From positions 21,479 to 85,478 of the forward strand of contig DATGEL010000120.1 of assembly GCA_035310145.1 (NCBI GenBank): a stretch of DNA of 64,000 bases. The letters run 5' to 3'. Both the position numbers and the translations under genes were made by a program. Shown here piece by piece: positions 63,526 through 64,000 of the stretch. The notes below the pieces were generated by a model that worked only from the letters and a program-made list of their open reading frames with translations, had not been told where the DNA came from and searched no databases. Source of the stretch: Dehalococcoidia bacterium (GTDB lineage: Bacteria > Chloroflexota > Dehalococcoidia > CAUJGQ01). Positions within the stretch are counted from its first letter, which is position 1. Each line of letters starts with the position of its first letter.

Positions 63526-63981
63526 TCAGGCCGACACGGGCGCAGCGGATTGCCAGCGAATGCGTGGGGGCCGCACGGCGGCGCAAACGGGTCCGCCGCG
63601 TTCGCCGGTCAGGCTGAGCGTGCCGACGAGTGTCTCGCCCGTGGCGAGCGCATGCTCGACTTCCGCGGTCGGTATCTCGGCGAAGCGGATCTTGGCACGG
63701 CGGAACATGACGAAGCGCCCGTCGGCGCCCAGGGTGCCCCAGCTCAAGTACAGGAAGCGGTCGCCGCGCTTGCCCTGGGCGTACGGCCCGCGGAAGTCGC
63801 GTTCGCCGTCGTCCCGCGCCACGACATCCACCGAGAGATCGAAGACCGCCTCGCCGGCGTCGCCGGGCACGAGATCGACCACGACGGAGCCGCGCTGGAC
63901 GCCGACATAGACCGGCGCCTGATCGCACCACTGCAGACCGGGCAGCGAGTGCCCGACGATACGCAGGCGCAACACAGTCAT
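63526..63981 (-). CDS. hypothetical protein
   Basis: 151 aa ORF with coding-like composition; competing 156-aa ORF in another frame is Arg-rich and rejected. Confidence 0.4.
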   Translation of the reverse strand: MTVLRLRIVGHSLPGLQWCDQAPVYVGVQRGSVVVDLVPGDAGEAVFDLSVDVVARDDGERDFRGPYAQGKRGDRFLYLSWGTLGADGRFVMFRRAKIRFAEIPTAEVEHALATGETLVGTLSLTGERGGPVCAAVRPPRIRWQSAAPVSA

Positions 63982-64000
63982 GCAGCCCTCCGCCGGCGAC

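Overview
This is a high-GC (~70%) bacterial chromosomal window, densely coding on both strands, with no transposases, CRISPR arrays or rRNA genes. T-box riboswitches, a TrpB2 gene, ctaAB and F420/LLM-type enzymes are consistent with, but do not prove, Chloroflexota-like ancestry.

Main blocks in order:
- 1-5.2 kb: a partial NAD-epimerase, then a divergent pair of ferredoxin:thioredoxin-reductase (FTR)-like genes, one of which reads through two in-frame TGA codons (candidate selenoprotein), followed by a rubredoxin-like zinc-ribbon gene, a small Cys protein and ppdK.
- 5.2-15.2 kb: PPOX/F420-family enzyme, Ca2+/H+ exchanger, ADP-forming acyl-CoA synthetase, DUF309, alpha/beta hydrolase, dut, a peptide-type ABC importer (substrate-binding protein plus two permeases, no ATPase), a small zinc-ribbon ORF, a PAP2 phosphatase and tRNA-Val.
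- 15.3-19.4 kb: a T-box-like leader, then thrS, a hypothetical gene, infC (AUC start), rpmI and rplT.
- 19.5-36.9 kb: ctaB and ctaA; an ABC-2 exporter pair; a SnoaL-like gene divergent from a TetR regulator; a thioredoxin-like gene; enoyl-CoA hydratase; an SDR; glcD, a PAP2-like membrane gene and glcF; a GT2 gene and a GT1 gene interrupted by TAG; an FAD oxidase; scpA.
- 36.9-38.9 kb: an LLM oxidoreductase and an HTH-PIN toxin-antitoxin pair.
- 38.9-51.4 kb (minus strand): an aromatic supraoperon, T-box(Trp)-trpB2-[structured spacer]-trpE-[P-loop two-domain gene]-trpG-trpD-trpC-trpF-trpB-[CPBP protease]-trpA-aroH-DAHP synthase.
- 51.5-56.0 kb: a response regulator plus a large PAS-GAF double-kinase sensor gene disrupted by an in-frame TAA and a frameshift.
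- 56.1-64.0 kb: tRNA-Gln and tRNA-Glu with a terminator, an MFS transporter, metG, tatD, a polyprenyl synthetase, an FmdB zinc ribbon, recO, recR and a hypothetical gene.

The finding I rank highest is the FTR-like gene whose two redox-active cysteines appear to be replaced by UGA/Sec codons, each followed by a hairpin 12-13 nt downstream. Other notable points are two well-formed T-box leaders (Trp before trpB2, Thr-like before thrS), an uncharacterised P-loop gene and a CPBP protease embedded in the trp operon, and two disrupted genes.

Coordinates were hand-derived and may be off by 1-3 nt. Start codons were chosen from RBS and frame logic, not homology searches.
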